Below, piece by piece: positions 1 through 9,585 of a stretch of DNA of 64,000 nt. The number at the start of each line of letters is the position of its first letter. Positions within the stretch are counted from its first letter, which is position 1. The position numbers and the translations under genes were made by a program. Where the stretch lies: assembly GCA_963826525.1 (NCBI GenBank), contig CAWGXH010000004.1, forward strand, positions 992,001-1,056,000, read 5' to 3'. The DNA is from an uncultured Methanomicrobiaceae archaeon. GTDB lineage: Archaea > Halobacteriota > Methanomicrobia > Methanomicrobiales > Methanoculleaceae. Under the pieces are notes generated by a model. That model saw nothing but the letters and a program-made list of their open reading frames with translations. It had not been told where the DNA came from and searched no databases.

Positions 1-22
1 TCCCGTATCCGGCGACGGCCTT

Positions 23-390
23 TCACTCCGGTGCCGATCGCCCTTCCCGGACGGATGTCGATGCATCGGTTGCATCCGGTGCGGAGCGGTTCCGGAGATC
101 CGCAAGTTCAAAAGCCGTATCGTCGAGGTGCCGGACGACCCGGTTCAGAAACACGGTCTTCGGCCTGCTCGCGAGCCGATACGCGAATACGGGAACTGTT
201 TTCCGAAGATCAGAACGGTCTCTGCGCCGGGGGGGATATCGTCCGGTCGGTGCCCTGCACTGGCGGTGATGCGGGAGACCGGGACAGTGGCATGTACATC
301 GATGCCCCGACCGGAGAGATACCTCCGGACTTCCGCGAGGCATGTGACAGAGCCCGCCTGCTCTTCGTCTTCCATACCGTCATGTCGCAT
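23..390 (-). pseudogene. N-terminal part of an epoxyqueuosine reductase (QueG)-like Fe-S protein, frameshifted/truncated
   Basis: Two joined frames give ..RRYLSGRGIDVHATVPV..HRPDDIPPGAETVLIFG..VVRHLDDTAFELAD, which resembles the N-terminus of the 9586-10389 protein. No Cys cluster is seen inside the window. Confidence 0.5.
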
Positions 391-560
391 TCGGACTATA
401 TAGGCGAGATCCGGCACCGCGAACCGTCGAGGAGCAGGGACAGTTTTATAGTGTACCCCGGAGTGATAGCATGCCGGGGGGAGTGTCGAGAGTGCGTCCG
501 GCAGAGGTTCGGAGCGAACCGGTAGGCCCGGAAACCGGGTGGCAGGGCGGTGCGGCGGAT

Positions 561-1268
561 ATGCCCGATCCCTGGCATCTCTGGAGGATAGATCTAGAGA
601 ACGCTCTGTCCTGGAGTATCAGGGGAGCGGTTCTCGATCTCCGGGGGGATGACCGGGGAGCGATGGACTGTTCCGGACGGGCTCTTGATCTCGATCCCTC
701 TCTTGTTCCGGGATGGCTTGCACGGGCGATGATGCACCGCCGGCGGGGAAGGCTGAACGAGGCCCTGGCCTGCTACGAGCGGGTGCTCAAGATCGACAGA
801 TCCCATCCCGGCGCCCGATACCACCGGGGAGGGATTCTCGCCGCCCTTGGAAAGGCGGGGGAGGCTGTTGCCTGTTTTGAAGAGCTCCTCGACGACAACC
901 CGCACTTTGTCGGGGCGTGGATCGATCTCGGCTACGTCCACCTCTCCCGGCACCGCTACGGCGAAGCCATCGCCTGCTATGACCGGGCGATCGCCGATGT
1001 CCCGGAGAGCGCCAGGGCCTGGAGCCTGAAGGGCGGAGCGCTCTACGCTCTCGGGGAGTACCGCGACGCGCTCTTGTGTTTTAACCGTGCGCTCTCCGCC
1101 GATCCGCGGCATGCGACTGCCTGGAGTATGGCCTGTTGCGTGCTCTACCACCTGGGTCTCTACCGCCCGGCGCTTCTCTGTGCAGAGAAATCGCTCACGC
1201 TCGATCCGTCGTGCATGCTGACTCGTCAGGCACGGGATATGCTCCGGCAGAATCTGGAGCGGTGGTGA
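561..1268 (+). CDS. Tetratricopeptide repeat protein
   Basis: Repeated TPR motifs (W..LG..L...GRY.EA..CYDRA); ATG at 561 within ORF 471-1268. Confidence 0.9.
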   Translation: MPDPWHLWRIDLENALSWSIRGAVLDLRGDDRGAMDCSGRALDLDPSLVPGWLARAMMHRRRGRLNEALACYERVLKIDRSHPGARYHRGGILAALGKAGEAVACFEELLDDNPHFVGAWIDLGYVHLSRHRYGEAIACYDRAIADVPESARAWSLKGGALYALGEYRDALLCFNRALSADPRHATAWSMACCVLYHLGLYRPALLCAEKSLTLDPSCMLTRQARDMLRQNLERW

Positions 1269-1362
1269 CCCGGGTGGATTAGCACTTCCTAGTAGAAACC
1301 CTGCCCCTGGGGAGACTCCGACCGTTGATTACTCCGGCGAGCCAACAGTATGATCGTATCAC

Positions 1363-1743
1363 ATGGCAGCCGATCGGATCTCTATTGATATGATCCTCGC
1401 GTCGTATGCCACGGGCGAACCGATCTTCGCCTTTGCTGTGACCGAAAGAGGCGCCGGGGAGATCATCGGGTCGTGCGGGTTTGCACCGATGGACGACGGG
1501 GATGCCGTCCAGCTGTACTGCGCGTTCTTCCCCGGGCACTGGGGGAAGGGGTACGCGACCGAAGCGGGCAGAAGGATGATCGAGTATATCCTCTCGCTCC
1601 GGCGCTGGGATACCGTCGTCATCGATTCATCTCCCGAAAATCCCGTGTCGGGATGGGTTGCCGAACGCCTCGGCATGCGGTCGGTCGGCCCTGTGGAGCA
1701 GGAAGGACATCAGTCCCGGCGGTACGTGCTGAAGCGCACGTGA
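1363..1743 (+). CDS. GNAT (RimJ/RimL-type) N-acetyltransferase, possibly 5'-truncated
   Basis: HWGKGYATEA acetyl-CoA motif and N..S..VAERLGM motif; short for the family. Confidence 0.8.
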   Translation: MAADRISIDMILASYATGEPIFAFAVTERGAGEIIGSCGFAPMDDGDAVQLYCAFFPGHWGKGYATEAGRRMIEYILSLRRWDTVVIDSSPENPVSGWVAERLGMRSVGPVEQEGHQSRRYVLKRT

Positions 1744-1869
1744 TGTCGCCCATGCGGTCTTCTCCCCTGCTCTTCAGCGCCGTCCGGGTGGAGCGGGGTG
1801 GCTTCGTCGGCGTTTCAGAGGACGGGATTTTACGAATCGAAAAAAGAGGGTTTGGCTTTTCTTTGCAGG

Positions 1870-2568
1870 TTACTTACGCCGGAGCACGAGGAGCATGCCC
1901 GCCCCAAGGATACCGATCAGCATGGTGATCGGGCTTAAGGGAGCCTGCTGCGTCGGGGCGGGGGTTGCCGGATTCAGGGTTGCGTAGAGGTCGACGGTCT
2001 CGCCCTTTGCCGGATACTGGCTGACCTCGCCGGTGTAGGTCGTGTACCCTGCCTTCGAGACCGCGTAAGTCTTGTAAGGCGTTCCTGTGGTGTAGACCGG
2101 TACGCTCAGGGTTCCGTCGCTGATGGTGCCCTTGAGTTCGTTGTCGAAGTAGACCTCGGCACCGTTGACGTTGGCGTGGACGACGTACCATCCCTGGTCA
2201 CCGCCGATCGAGCCCGGCGTGGGGGTTGCCTGATTTAAGGTGGCGTAGAGATCGACGGTCTCGCCCTTTGCCGGGAACTGGTCGACCTGGTCGGTGAAGG
2301 TCGTGTAGCCCTCTTTCGAGACCGTGTAGGTCTTGTAGGGCGTTCCGGTAGTGTAGACCGGCACGTTCAGTTCGCCGTTTGTGATCTGTCCCTTGTAGTC
2401 GCCGTCGAAGTAGACGTCGGCGCCGTCGACGTTGGCGTGGACGACATACCATCCCTGGTCGCCGCCGATTGTCTCGGCTGCAGCCGTTCCCGTGATGCCG
2501 ACGAGGAACAGGAGGACGATTGCCGCAGAAACGGTTTTTGCGAGGGTTTTCATATGCATTCTCTTCAC
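1870..2568 (-). CDS. Secreted surface protein with two PEGA-like repeats and a C-terminal membrane anchor
   Basis: Signal peptide; two ~85-aa repeats starting IGGDQGWYVVHANV; PT linker; hydrophobic C-terminus ending RRK. Confidence 0.85.
   Translation of the reverse strand: MKRMHMKTLAKTVSAAIVLLFLVGITGTAAAETIGGDQGWYVVHANVDGADVYFDGDYKGQITNGELNVPVYTTGTPYKTYTVSKEGYTTFTDQVDQFPAKGETVDLYATLNQATPTPGSIGGDQGWYVVHANVNGAEVYFDNELKGTISDGTLSVPVYTTGTPYKTYAVSKAGYTTYTGEVSQYPAKGETVDLYATLNPATPAPTQQAPLSPITMLIGILGAGMLLVLRRK
1968..2470 (-). repeat. Intragenic tandem duplication (two ~250-bp units)
   Basis: Near-identical DNA blocks, e.g. gacgttggcgtggacgac..taccatccctggtc near 2167 and 2428. Confidence 0.85.
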
Positions 2569-2941
2569 ATCCGAAGTATCACGAAATCCGCATCACGACC
2601 GCCCTTCGGGCACTCCCGCTCACCTGCAGATTTCTTATTTGTGATTGCTTCGCACCTGCTTTTCAGGGTTCCGGTTTGGTTCGGTGGGGAATGCTGCTTC
2701 CATGCTTTTCCGGTTTGACGATTCATAAATCGGCACCGCCCACGCATCCGCCTACGTTACGGCTCTGGGTTCGCCGACCCGGGTTCACCGGGGCTGTCGG
2801 CGAGTCCTTCTTCCGCAATGCCGGACGTGATTGCAGGCGACGGTGAGAAGTGTGATACATCCGATTGATGCCGGAATTCTTCCGTCGGTACTTCGCTTCA
2901 CCGTTTCTTCAAAAAAGGCGTGGGGAAGGGATACTCTCACC

Positions 2942-4171
2942 CTACTCCGCCCGCAGTGCTTCGATCGGGTCGAGGTTCGACGCTCGCCATGCCGGGTAGA
3001 CCCCGGTGACGACGCAGATTCCTGCGCCGACGAGCATGGCCATGAGAACGTACACGATGCTGCCGGGTGCAAAGAAGTACTCCGCAGTACCGACCATCCC
3101 GAGGACTACCACATAACCGATGGCGAGACTTAAGCCGGCACCGATCCCCGCGCCGACGATCCCGAGGATACACGCCTCGTAGACGAACATCTTCAGGATC
3201 TCGTCCCGCTGCGTACCTATGCTCCGTAGGATGCCGATCTCCCGCGTCCGTTCCGATACCGACATCATCATGACATTAAAGATCGAGACCGCGGCGACGA
3301 GAAGGGATATCCCTGCAATCGCCATCACGAACGTCGTCATCGTCGAGATCGTCGAGGTGATGCTCTCCATCATCCTACTGCTGTCCGAGACCGTAACCTC
3401 ATCGTTTTTCTTGTTCAGCTCCTCTTCTATCTCCGCTTTGACGGTATCGACGTCGTTTAGGTCGTTCACGACGATGTTGACCTGGTTGTACTCACCCTCT
3501 CCACCGTAGATGCCGGTAAAGAGCTTAGCACTCCCTGATTATCGCCGAGTCCGGTACTCAGGTCCATCGACATGCCTCGTTCCTCGAGAATGCCGACGAC
3601 ACGGACGGTCGTGGTACTTCCCTCGTCGGAATCCCCGATATCGATCTTGCTCCCGATCTTCAGGTCGTTGCGTTCGGCGATAGTCGGCCCGATCACCACC
3701 GAGGCGGTGCTCTTCGGGTATGCACCCTCCGAAAGGGTGAGAATCTCCGGGATCACGTCGGGGTCGAGCCCGTAGATGGTCGCCCTTCCGGTATTGTCCC
3801 CTATCTCGATTGTGTCGGATTCCTGGTATATGGCGTATACAGTCCCGTATTTTGCGGCTATCTTTTCGATCGTCGTGAACTGTTTTTCCGTAATCATATT
3901 CTCATCACTGTTGGACGAACCTCCGCCACCTCCCCCCCCAGGCCCGAAACCGCCGCCTCCGCCACCTCCACTGTACGCAGTGACGGTGAGTTTATTGGCC
4001 ATATCGGAGAGCTGCTTCCGTGACCGACAGGGTCATGTTCGCTCCCATCATCCCCATCGAGGCGATGGCGATGACGCCGATCACGATGCCGAGGGCGGCA
4101 AGGACAGACCTGAGGAAGTGCAACCGAACACTTCTCACCGAGAGCTGGAGAATGATGTCTTTTCCGATCAT
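2942..4171 (-). CDS. ABC transporter permease, MacB/FtsX family (frameshifts near 3510-3540 and 4015)
   Basis: RSVLAALGIVIGVIAIA N-terminus; SERTREIGILRSIG; YPAWRASNLDPIEALR. Confidence 0.9.
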
Positions 4172-4843
4172 GCTACTCTTCCATCCCGGATTACAATCGT
4201 TCGTTCTGCGTACTCTGCTATCTCCGACTCATGCGTCACCATGATAATCGTACGACCCTTCTGGTGGAGACCTGCGAGCACATCCATGATCTGAGCGCCT
4301 GTCCGGGAGTCCAGGTTTCCGGTCGGTTCGTCGCAGAGCAGAATCGCGGGATCGTTCACGAGTGCCCGGGCTATCGCAACCCGCTGCTGCTGACCGCCGG
4401 AGAGCTCGTTTGGCTTATGGGTTGCGAGTGCTTCGTCGATTCCGACAAGAGCGAGGAGATTGCTCACGTGCCCGGTGTCGTCGTTCTTCCGGTACTTCAT
4501 GATGTAGGGATACTCGACGTTCTCGTATGCGGTAAGGAGGGGGATGAGGTTGAACTTCTGGAAGATGTAGCCGATCTCGGAGAGCCGTGAGATTGGTCAG
4601 TTCCCGGTCGTCCATCTCCCGGGTGTTCTTTCCTGCCAGGAAGAGGTCGCCCGACGTCGGGCGGTCGAGGCAGCCGATCTGGTTGAGAAGGGTGGATTTT
4701 CCCGACCCCGAAGGTCCCATGATGGCGACGAACTCCCCCGCACTGATGGCGAGGGAGACTCCGTCGAGCGCCACGACGTCGCCTGCGGGGAGAGGGTAGA
4801 CCTTCCTGACATCGTCAAGTTCGATAACCGGGCTGCTGCTCAC
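4168..4843 (-). CDS. ABC transporter ATP-binding protein, LolD/MacB type (frameshift near 4585)
   Basis: Walker A GPSGSGKST; LSGGQQQRVAIARAL; CDEPTGNLD; VTH. Confidence 0.95.
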
Positions 4844-4861
4844 GGTCTTTACCTCCCCACT

Positions 4862-6151
4862 CTATTTACGGGACCGGTTCCGAACTCTGTCGCGGATCTT
4901 CTCAATATATCCCTTCCGCCACGCGACGACGAGAACGACACCCCCGATGACGACCAGGACGATCTCCAGTATCGGGATCTGCGAAAACCCGCCGCCGAAC
5001 GATCCAAACATGCCTCCGCCACCTCTGGGTGAGAAGCCTCCTGTGCTGCCCGGCATGCCCTGAATGTCGGTATTGTCTGCTGTCGCCGTCTGTCCGCCGC
5101 CTGCAAGCGAGATGGCCACGGTCTCTTTGAAGTTGTTGCCGTCTTCGTCCTTGTACTGGACGACCAGTGGGATGCTGGATGCACCCGGTGCGGTGCATGA
5201 TACCTCGAAGCTCGAGAAGTCGTCCGGTTCGAGAGCACCGACGACGTAGACCGGGTAGGGATCGGTGGCCGTGGCCGGACTGCCGACGGTGACCAGGACA
5301 GAATATGCATCTTTTAGCCCGGCGTTGGTTACGTCTCCGGTCAGCGTGATCGCGGTACCGCCTCGCGTCACCTCGACGTTGTTGACCACCGGCTCGGGCT
5401 GCACAGAACGATCACCAACCGTCACCGGGACGGTGAGTGTCGTGTGGTGCTCATTGATCCCGTTCCGGTAGGATACGTCGAAGGTGAGTTCGGTCGACTG
5501 CGCTGCTGCGACCTCGAGCGACACGTTCTTCTCCGCATCCGGTTGCAGGGCGCCGAGGAAGATGGCCGACTGCGTGGTAGTGATCCCCTCCCCCTGCGGC
5601 ACGACGGTGACACCGCTCACGGCGTTTTCACGGGGGTTGCCAACCGAGAGTGTTATCGTGTCCTTGCTGTTTGCCGGGAACGTATCTGGAGCGTCCAGGA
5701 TAGATACCTGAATTGCAGTGCTCTCCACCTTCACCGGAATGTAGTAGCGGATGCTCCCGCCGTCCCGGAGATCCAGGTAAAACTCCGGATAGTAGATGCC
5801 GTCGGAGGTGTCGGCCTTTACCGTGAAGGTGAACTTCATGGTATTACCGGGGCCTATAGTGCCCACGGAATTGTAGGTCTGATCGTTGACGACGGTGACC
5901 CCGCTCGGGTACAGTTTCGCCCTGCTGATAGCGACGCCTTCCGTCCCGGTGTTCGTGATCTCTACTGTCACCATGCCTGTATCCCCGCGCATGAAGACTT
6001 CAGGGCTGATAGTAACACTGGTGACTGCGATCAGTGCCTCCGGCGAGATATCCGTGGCTGTGCTGGTTGCTGCCGTGCTCGTCTCGGCGGCTGCGGTTAT
6101 CCCGACGATGGACGAGACAAGAAGGATTAAAATCCATATGTTCTGCTTCAT
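4862..6151 (-). CDS. COG1361 S-layer-domain envelope protein
   Basis: Signal peptide from MKQNIWILILL (ATG 6151); Ig-like repeats; C-terminal TM plus basic tail; directly upstream of the ABC genes. Confidence 0.8.
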   Translation of the reverse strand: MKQNIWILILLVSSIVGITAAAETSTAATSTATDISPEALIAVTSVTISPEVFMRGDTGMVTVEITNTGTEGVAISRAKLYPSGVTVVNDQTYNSVGTIGPGNTMKFTFTVKADTSDGIYYPEFYLDLRDGGSIRYYIPVKVESTAIQVSILDAPDTFPANSKDTITLSVGNPRENAVSGVTVVPQGEGITTTQSAIFLGALQPDAEKNVSLEVAAAQSTELTFDVSYRNGINEHHTTLTVPVTVGDRSVQPEPVVNNVEVTRGGTAITLTGDVTNAGLKDAYSVLVTVGSPATATDPYPVYVVGALEPDDFSSFEVSCTAPGASSIPLVVQYKDEDGNNFKETVAISLAGGGQTATADNTDIQGMPGSTGGFSPRGGGGMFGSFGGGFSQIPILEIVLVVIGGVVLVVAWRKGYIEKIRDRVRNRSRK

Positions 6152-6385
6152 AGATGCTCCCCTACTCCGGAAATGCGGGCAGAATGGTCTGTCCATCCCG
6201 CACCGTCCGAATGTCGTGCTAGTTGATTTCTGCACGATTTACTCGCTTTGAAGACGTATGTCGGCACTACCGGTCTGTACCGCACGGAGGTGCGGCATCG
6301 ATGCGGTTGCGGTGGTTTTTCACGCATTTTTTGTTCGGTGCTCTGATGGAGCACCTCCCGCAATCCCGGGAAGCGCCGCACACCA

Positions 6386-6420
6386 ATGTAAAGTATATTT
6401 TACATATTGTTATTTAATAC
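6386..6420 (-). promoter_or_regulatory. TATA box followed by 20-bp palindromic operator (copy 1)
   Basis: ATGTAAA-gtatat-TTTACAT at 6386-6405; minus-strand TTAAATA just upstream. Confidence 0.75.
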
Positions 6421-6908
6421 TTACCAACTGCCCGTGATAGCCGACAGTATGGCATCTTTCCCTGACGTACCCGTGGGTATCTGATCGCGGTTTGGGCTGC
6501 GCCCGTGTGCCGTACCGGCACAAATCAGTGCCCGGCACAAAAGCGGTCATACGAAAATTGCCGGGACCGTTCCGGGGCGGCACCGAGGGGGTGTGCGAAG
6601 ACGAAAGTGCTCACTGCTTCAGGGGCGCGAAAAATGTGAGAGCCGAACGAAGCGGATGATCGCTTCCCGTCGGGCGAGGGCGGTTTTGCGTCATCGCGCT
6701 TCGTCGGCAAAGGTAGCGTATTTTTCTTCGTGAGAGAGATGGAAGGGGATCGGGTGGATGGAGAGTCCGTTCAGTCATGGCCGGGGGGAGATGCCGAACC
6801 GGCTTGTCGTCTCTGCCGCGTTGCTGTAAGCCCCAGGTGATGGCTCCGTGACAGGTCTCCTATTCCATCGTCCGATCCCCTCTTCCGTGTCTTTTGGTGA
6901 TGGGCAGG

Positions 6909-7387
6909 CTACTCGGTCGAGGTGGTGCACCGGTGTCCGCAGGTGCCGTTCTGTGGCCGTGCGGGAAGTTCGCCCCGGTGTTCTTCCATGAACTGCTGCA
7001 TGAGGGCTCGGGCGGTTTCGTGGTCGCCGTTATCGATGGCGTCACGGATCGCGGAGACGTCATACCCCTGCTGCTCCAGGTAGTTGAGGCGGGCGAGCGG
7101 TCCGAAACCCCGGTTGCCGTTTTCAGGTGGCGTGGGAAGTTCGTCCCGGTGTTCCTCCATGAACTGCTGCATCAGGGTTCTGGCGGTCTCTGCATCGCCG
7201 CTCTCGATGGCGGCTCTGATCTCCGAGACGTCGTATCCCTGTGCCTCGAGCTTGTCGAGGAGTGCGTCCGGTCCCATGCCCTCGCCGGCCGCTCCGTTCT
7301 GGAATGCGGCGGCTGCAGGTGCTGCCAGGAGTGCAAGCGATGCAGAACACCGATGCGACTCCCGATTGCGATTGTGCTTCTCTTCAT
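6909..7387 (-). CDS. Secreted hypothetical protein with two helical repeats (frameshifts in signal peptide)
   Basis: GGAGG RBS then MKRSTIAIG..; repeats LEAQGYDVSEIRAAIESGDAETARTLMQQFMEEHR and LEQQGYDVSAIRDAIDNGDHETARALMQQFMEEHR. Confidence 0.75.
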
Positions 7388-7455
7388 AGGTTTCCTCCAT
7401 CTGTCGTTGGGTATCAGGCGTTGACCCCGATACATTTCGCCGGGGTCGTTGCGCC

Positions 7456-7490
7456 ATGTAAAGTATGTTTTACATATTGTTATTAATAAC
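7456..7490 (-). promoter_or_regulatory. TATA box followed by 20-bp palindromic operator (copy 2)
   Basis: ATGTAAA-gtatgt-TTTACAT at 7456-7475 followed by the same ATTGTTATT as copy 1. Confidence 0.75.
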
Positions 7491-7712
7491 TTACTATTGG
7501 TTGCCCATTGCGGACATTGTTGCCTGGAGTTTTGACGTATCGGCGATCACGGGCGGTCAGAATGGACAGCGAGATTCATCTCCGAGCGGCCGGAAGGGGA
7601 TGGGTACGGAAGCGCTGCAGGAGCCGGACGTGCGGCAGAGCGCTGTCTGCCGGCTTCAAAAGGAATCTGAGGTTTACGGGCGGCCATGATGTGGCGAAAC
7701 CATTTCTTCAGG

Positions 7713-7922
7713 TCATCGCGGCCCGGCAGTGTCGTTGTAGATGAATATCTCCTCGATGGAGACGCCGAAGAAACGAGCAATCTTAAAGGCAAGATCGAGC
7801 GACGGGTCGTACTTCCCCTTCTCGATGGCCAGAATGGTCTGCCGGGTGACCCCGAGCTCGTTTGCGAGCGCCTCCTGCGTCAGGTCGTGCATCGCCCGGT
7901 GGACCTTAATCCTGTTCTTCAT
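7713..7922 (-). CDS. XRE/Cro-CI HTH transcriptional regulator
   Basis: MKNRIKVHRAMHDLTQEALANELGVTRQTILAIEKGKYDPSLDLAFKIARFF. Confidence 0.92.
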   Translation of the reverse strand: MKNRIKVHRAMHDLTQEALANELGVTRQTILAIEKGKYDPSLDLAFKIARFFGVSIEEIFIYNDTAGPR

Positions 7923-8369
7923 CGGTCGTCCCATTCCCCATATTTGCGTGCGTAATACATCCTGAATCCGACATAGAGGAATATCATCAGACAGAGGAGT
8001 GCCATCTGAATGGTGGCGAACCAGCCGATCCCGGGGAGAGGGAGTCCAGGTCGCCACCGGGTGCGGAGGCGGCGGGCGCAGTCCGAGCGGTCTGCTGAAC
8101 GCCCAGGCTGCGCTCCCGAGATTGACGGCGAAGAAGACCACCCAGAAGACCTCCAGCGTCCGGAGCGCCGCTTTCTGGGTGATCATACTGGTTCGTTCGT
8201 CCTCAATTCTGCCCTCGACCGTCCGCCTCGCTCCGTAGATCAGCAGGATCCCGAGGATAAACGCCACCTGGATCAGGAGCGGCATCTCGAGTTCCACCGA
8301 CACCCAGAAGGCGGCGACTTCCAGCAGTGCGACGATCCCTACGAGCAGATAAAATGTATTTCGTTTCAT
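7919..8369 (-). CDS. DUF2178-type membrane protein (a frameshift near 8010-8050 fuses it to the XRE gene in the ORF track)
   Basis: Several TM helices; EDERTSMITQKAALRTLEVF motif; ATGA overlap with the XRE gene. Confidence 0.75.
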
Positions 8370-8380
8370 ATGCGGCCGTT

Positions 8381-8412
8381 GTGTAATTTTATAGATACTT
8401 TGTTATTAATAC
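8381..8412 (-). promoter_or_regulatory. TATA box plus degenerate operator upstream of the DUF2178-XRE operon
   Basis: GTGTAA-N9-TAC followed by TGTTATTAATA, in the same position relative to the TATA as copies 1 and 2. Confidence 0.5.
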
Positions 8413-8563
8413 GTGACGTATCTGCGAGATCGCCTGCACAGATAGGTTTGCATGTGCATGCTCCTCCATGGGCCGGATCTGCGGCAGGCGGACTCTTGCA
8501 GCCGTTTTATTGTGAGGTGAAACGAGAAGGTATATAATCAGCACCCGGCAAACCTCCATTCCT

Positions 8564-8873
8564 ATGAGTGAAACAGACGGTCGCTTTGAGAATGGGCGGT
8601 GGGTCAGAAGAGCCCGAGCCAGAAACCGATCAGATCCCGGTAGAGACCGGCCCGGCACCCGAAAGCGAGCCTCGCGCCGAAGATCTCATTGCCGATGCCT
8701 CCCGGTCGGTCACGAAAGCCGTCGACGACGTCGTCACTGCTGCCCGGCACCTCTTCGGAACGCCGGAGGGGAGAGAGCATATCGAGCGTTCGGCACGGAA
8801 AGCCGGCTCCGATCTCGAGAAAGCGATCAACGACGTGGCGGAGAACGCCCGGAGGGCATTGGAACGCCGGTGA
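8564..8873 (+). CDS. Small hypothetical helical protein (frameshift near 8605), paralog of 10521-10811
   Basis: MSETDGRFENGRW..EEPEPE..HLFGTPEGREHIERSAR. Confidence 0.75.
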
Positions 8874-8925
8874 TGTCCTGCTTCGGCGGTCTCGAGTCCC
8901 TTAAAACCCAGTGCCGCCACGGCCG

Positions 8926-9507
8926 TCAGAAGGCCAGTCTGACGATGCCGAGCGCCATCGCCATGACCACTCCCGATGCGATCACCCACCCGATGAGCAT
9001 GCAGAGCATGGAAAGCATACGAGGATACTGAAAGAGCCGTGCGACAATGGGAGTGCCGTACAGGGCGATCCCGGGAATCCAGATGATTGGGATCAGCGTC
9101 AAAACCCCGTACTTCCGGAAGTAATCGACCTCCCGTGTCTTTTCATCGACTTTCCGGAGCAGGCCGTTGAACCGTGCTGATCTGGTGGCAAGCAGATCGC
9201 TCAGTTCGAAGATTGCGAGCATGACTCCGGCCGCCACCGACGTAACCAGTGCGAGCACAATGACGGGGTGAAGACGGAATCCAAGTCCGACTGCCGCAGA
9301 TCCGGCCTGCAGGAGGAGCGTGGATGCAATAAGCGTGATCACGGCAGAAGGATCGAGCCTGGACAGAGCGCCGAGCATGAGCGGGACGGCAAGAATAAAG
9401 ATGATGATCGCTGCTGCGGCTCTGATGATCCGGGAGAGGCAGCCCCTCATCGAGGACTTCTGCGAGCATTCACTGGTGAGTGGTCTCTGCGCCATCTCCT
9501 GCCCCAT
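8926..9507 (-). CDS. Small multidrug-export-like membrane protein (COG2426-like); start may be 9450
   Basis: Multiple TM helices; KYGVLTLIPIIWIPGIALYGT motif. Confidence 0.6.
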   Translation of the reverse strand: MGQEMAQRPLTSECSQKSSMRGCLSRIIRAAAAIIIFILAVPLMLGALSRLDPSAVITLIASTLLLQAGSAAVGLGFRLHPVIVLALVTSVAAGVMLAIFELSDLLATRSARFNGLLRKVDEKTREVDYFRKYGVLTLIPIIWIPGIALYGTPIVARLFQYPRMLSMLCMLIGWVIASGVVMAMALGIVRLAF

Positions 9508-9585
9508 GCACTATGCACCCCCCAGGGCTTTGAAGGTATGCCCGGCGAGTATCCTCCCCGCAGCAGGATCGGTTTTGCTCGCCCC

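Noticed and set aside
7713-8369. Apparent membrane protein-XRE fusion (218-aa ORF)
   Set aside because: The junction region is out of frame. Correcting one indel gives two genes with an ATGA overlap at 7919-7922.
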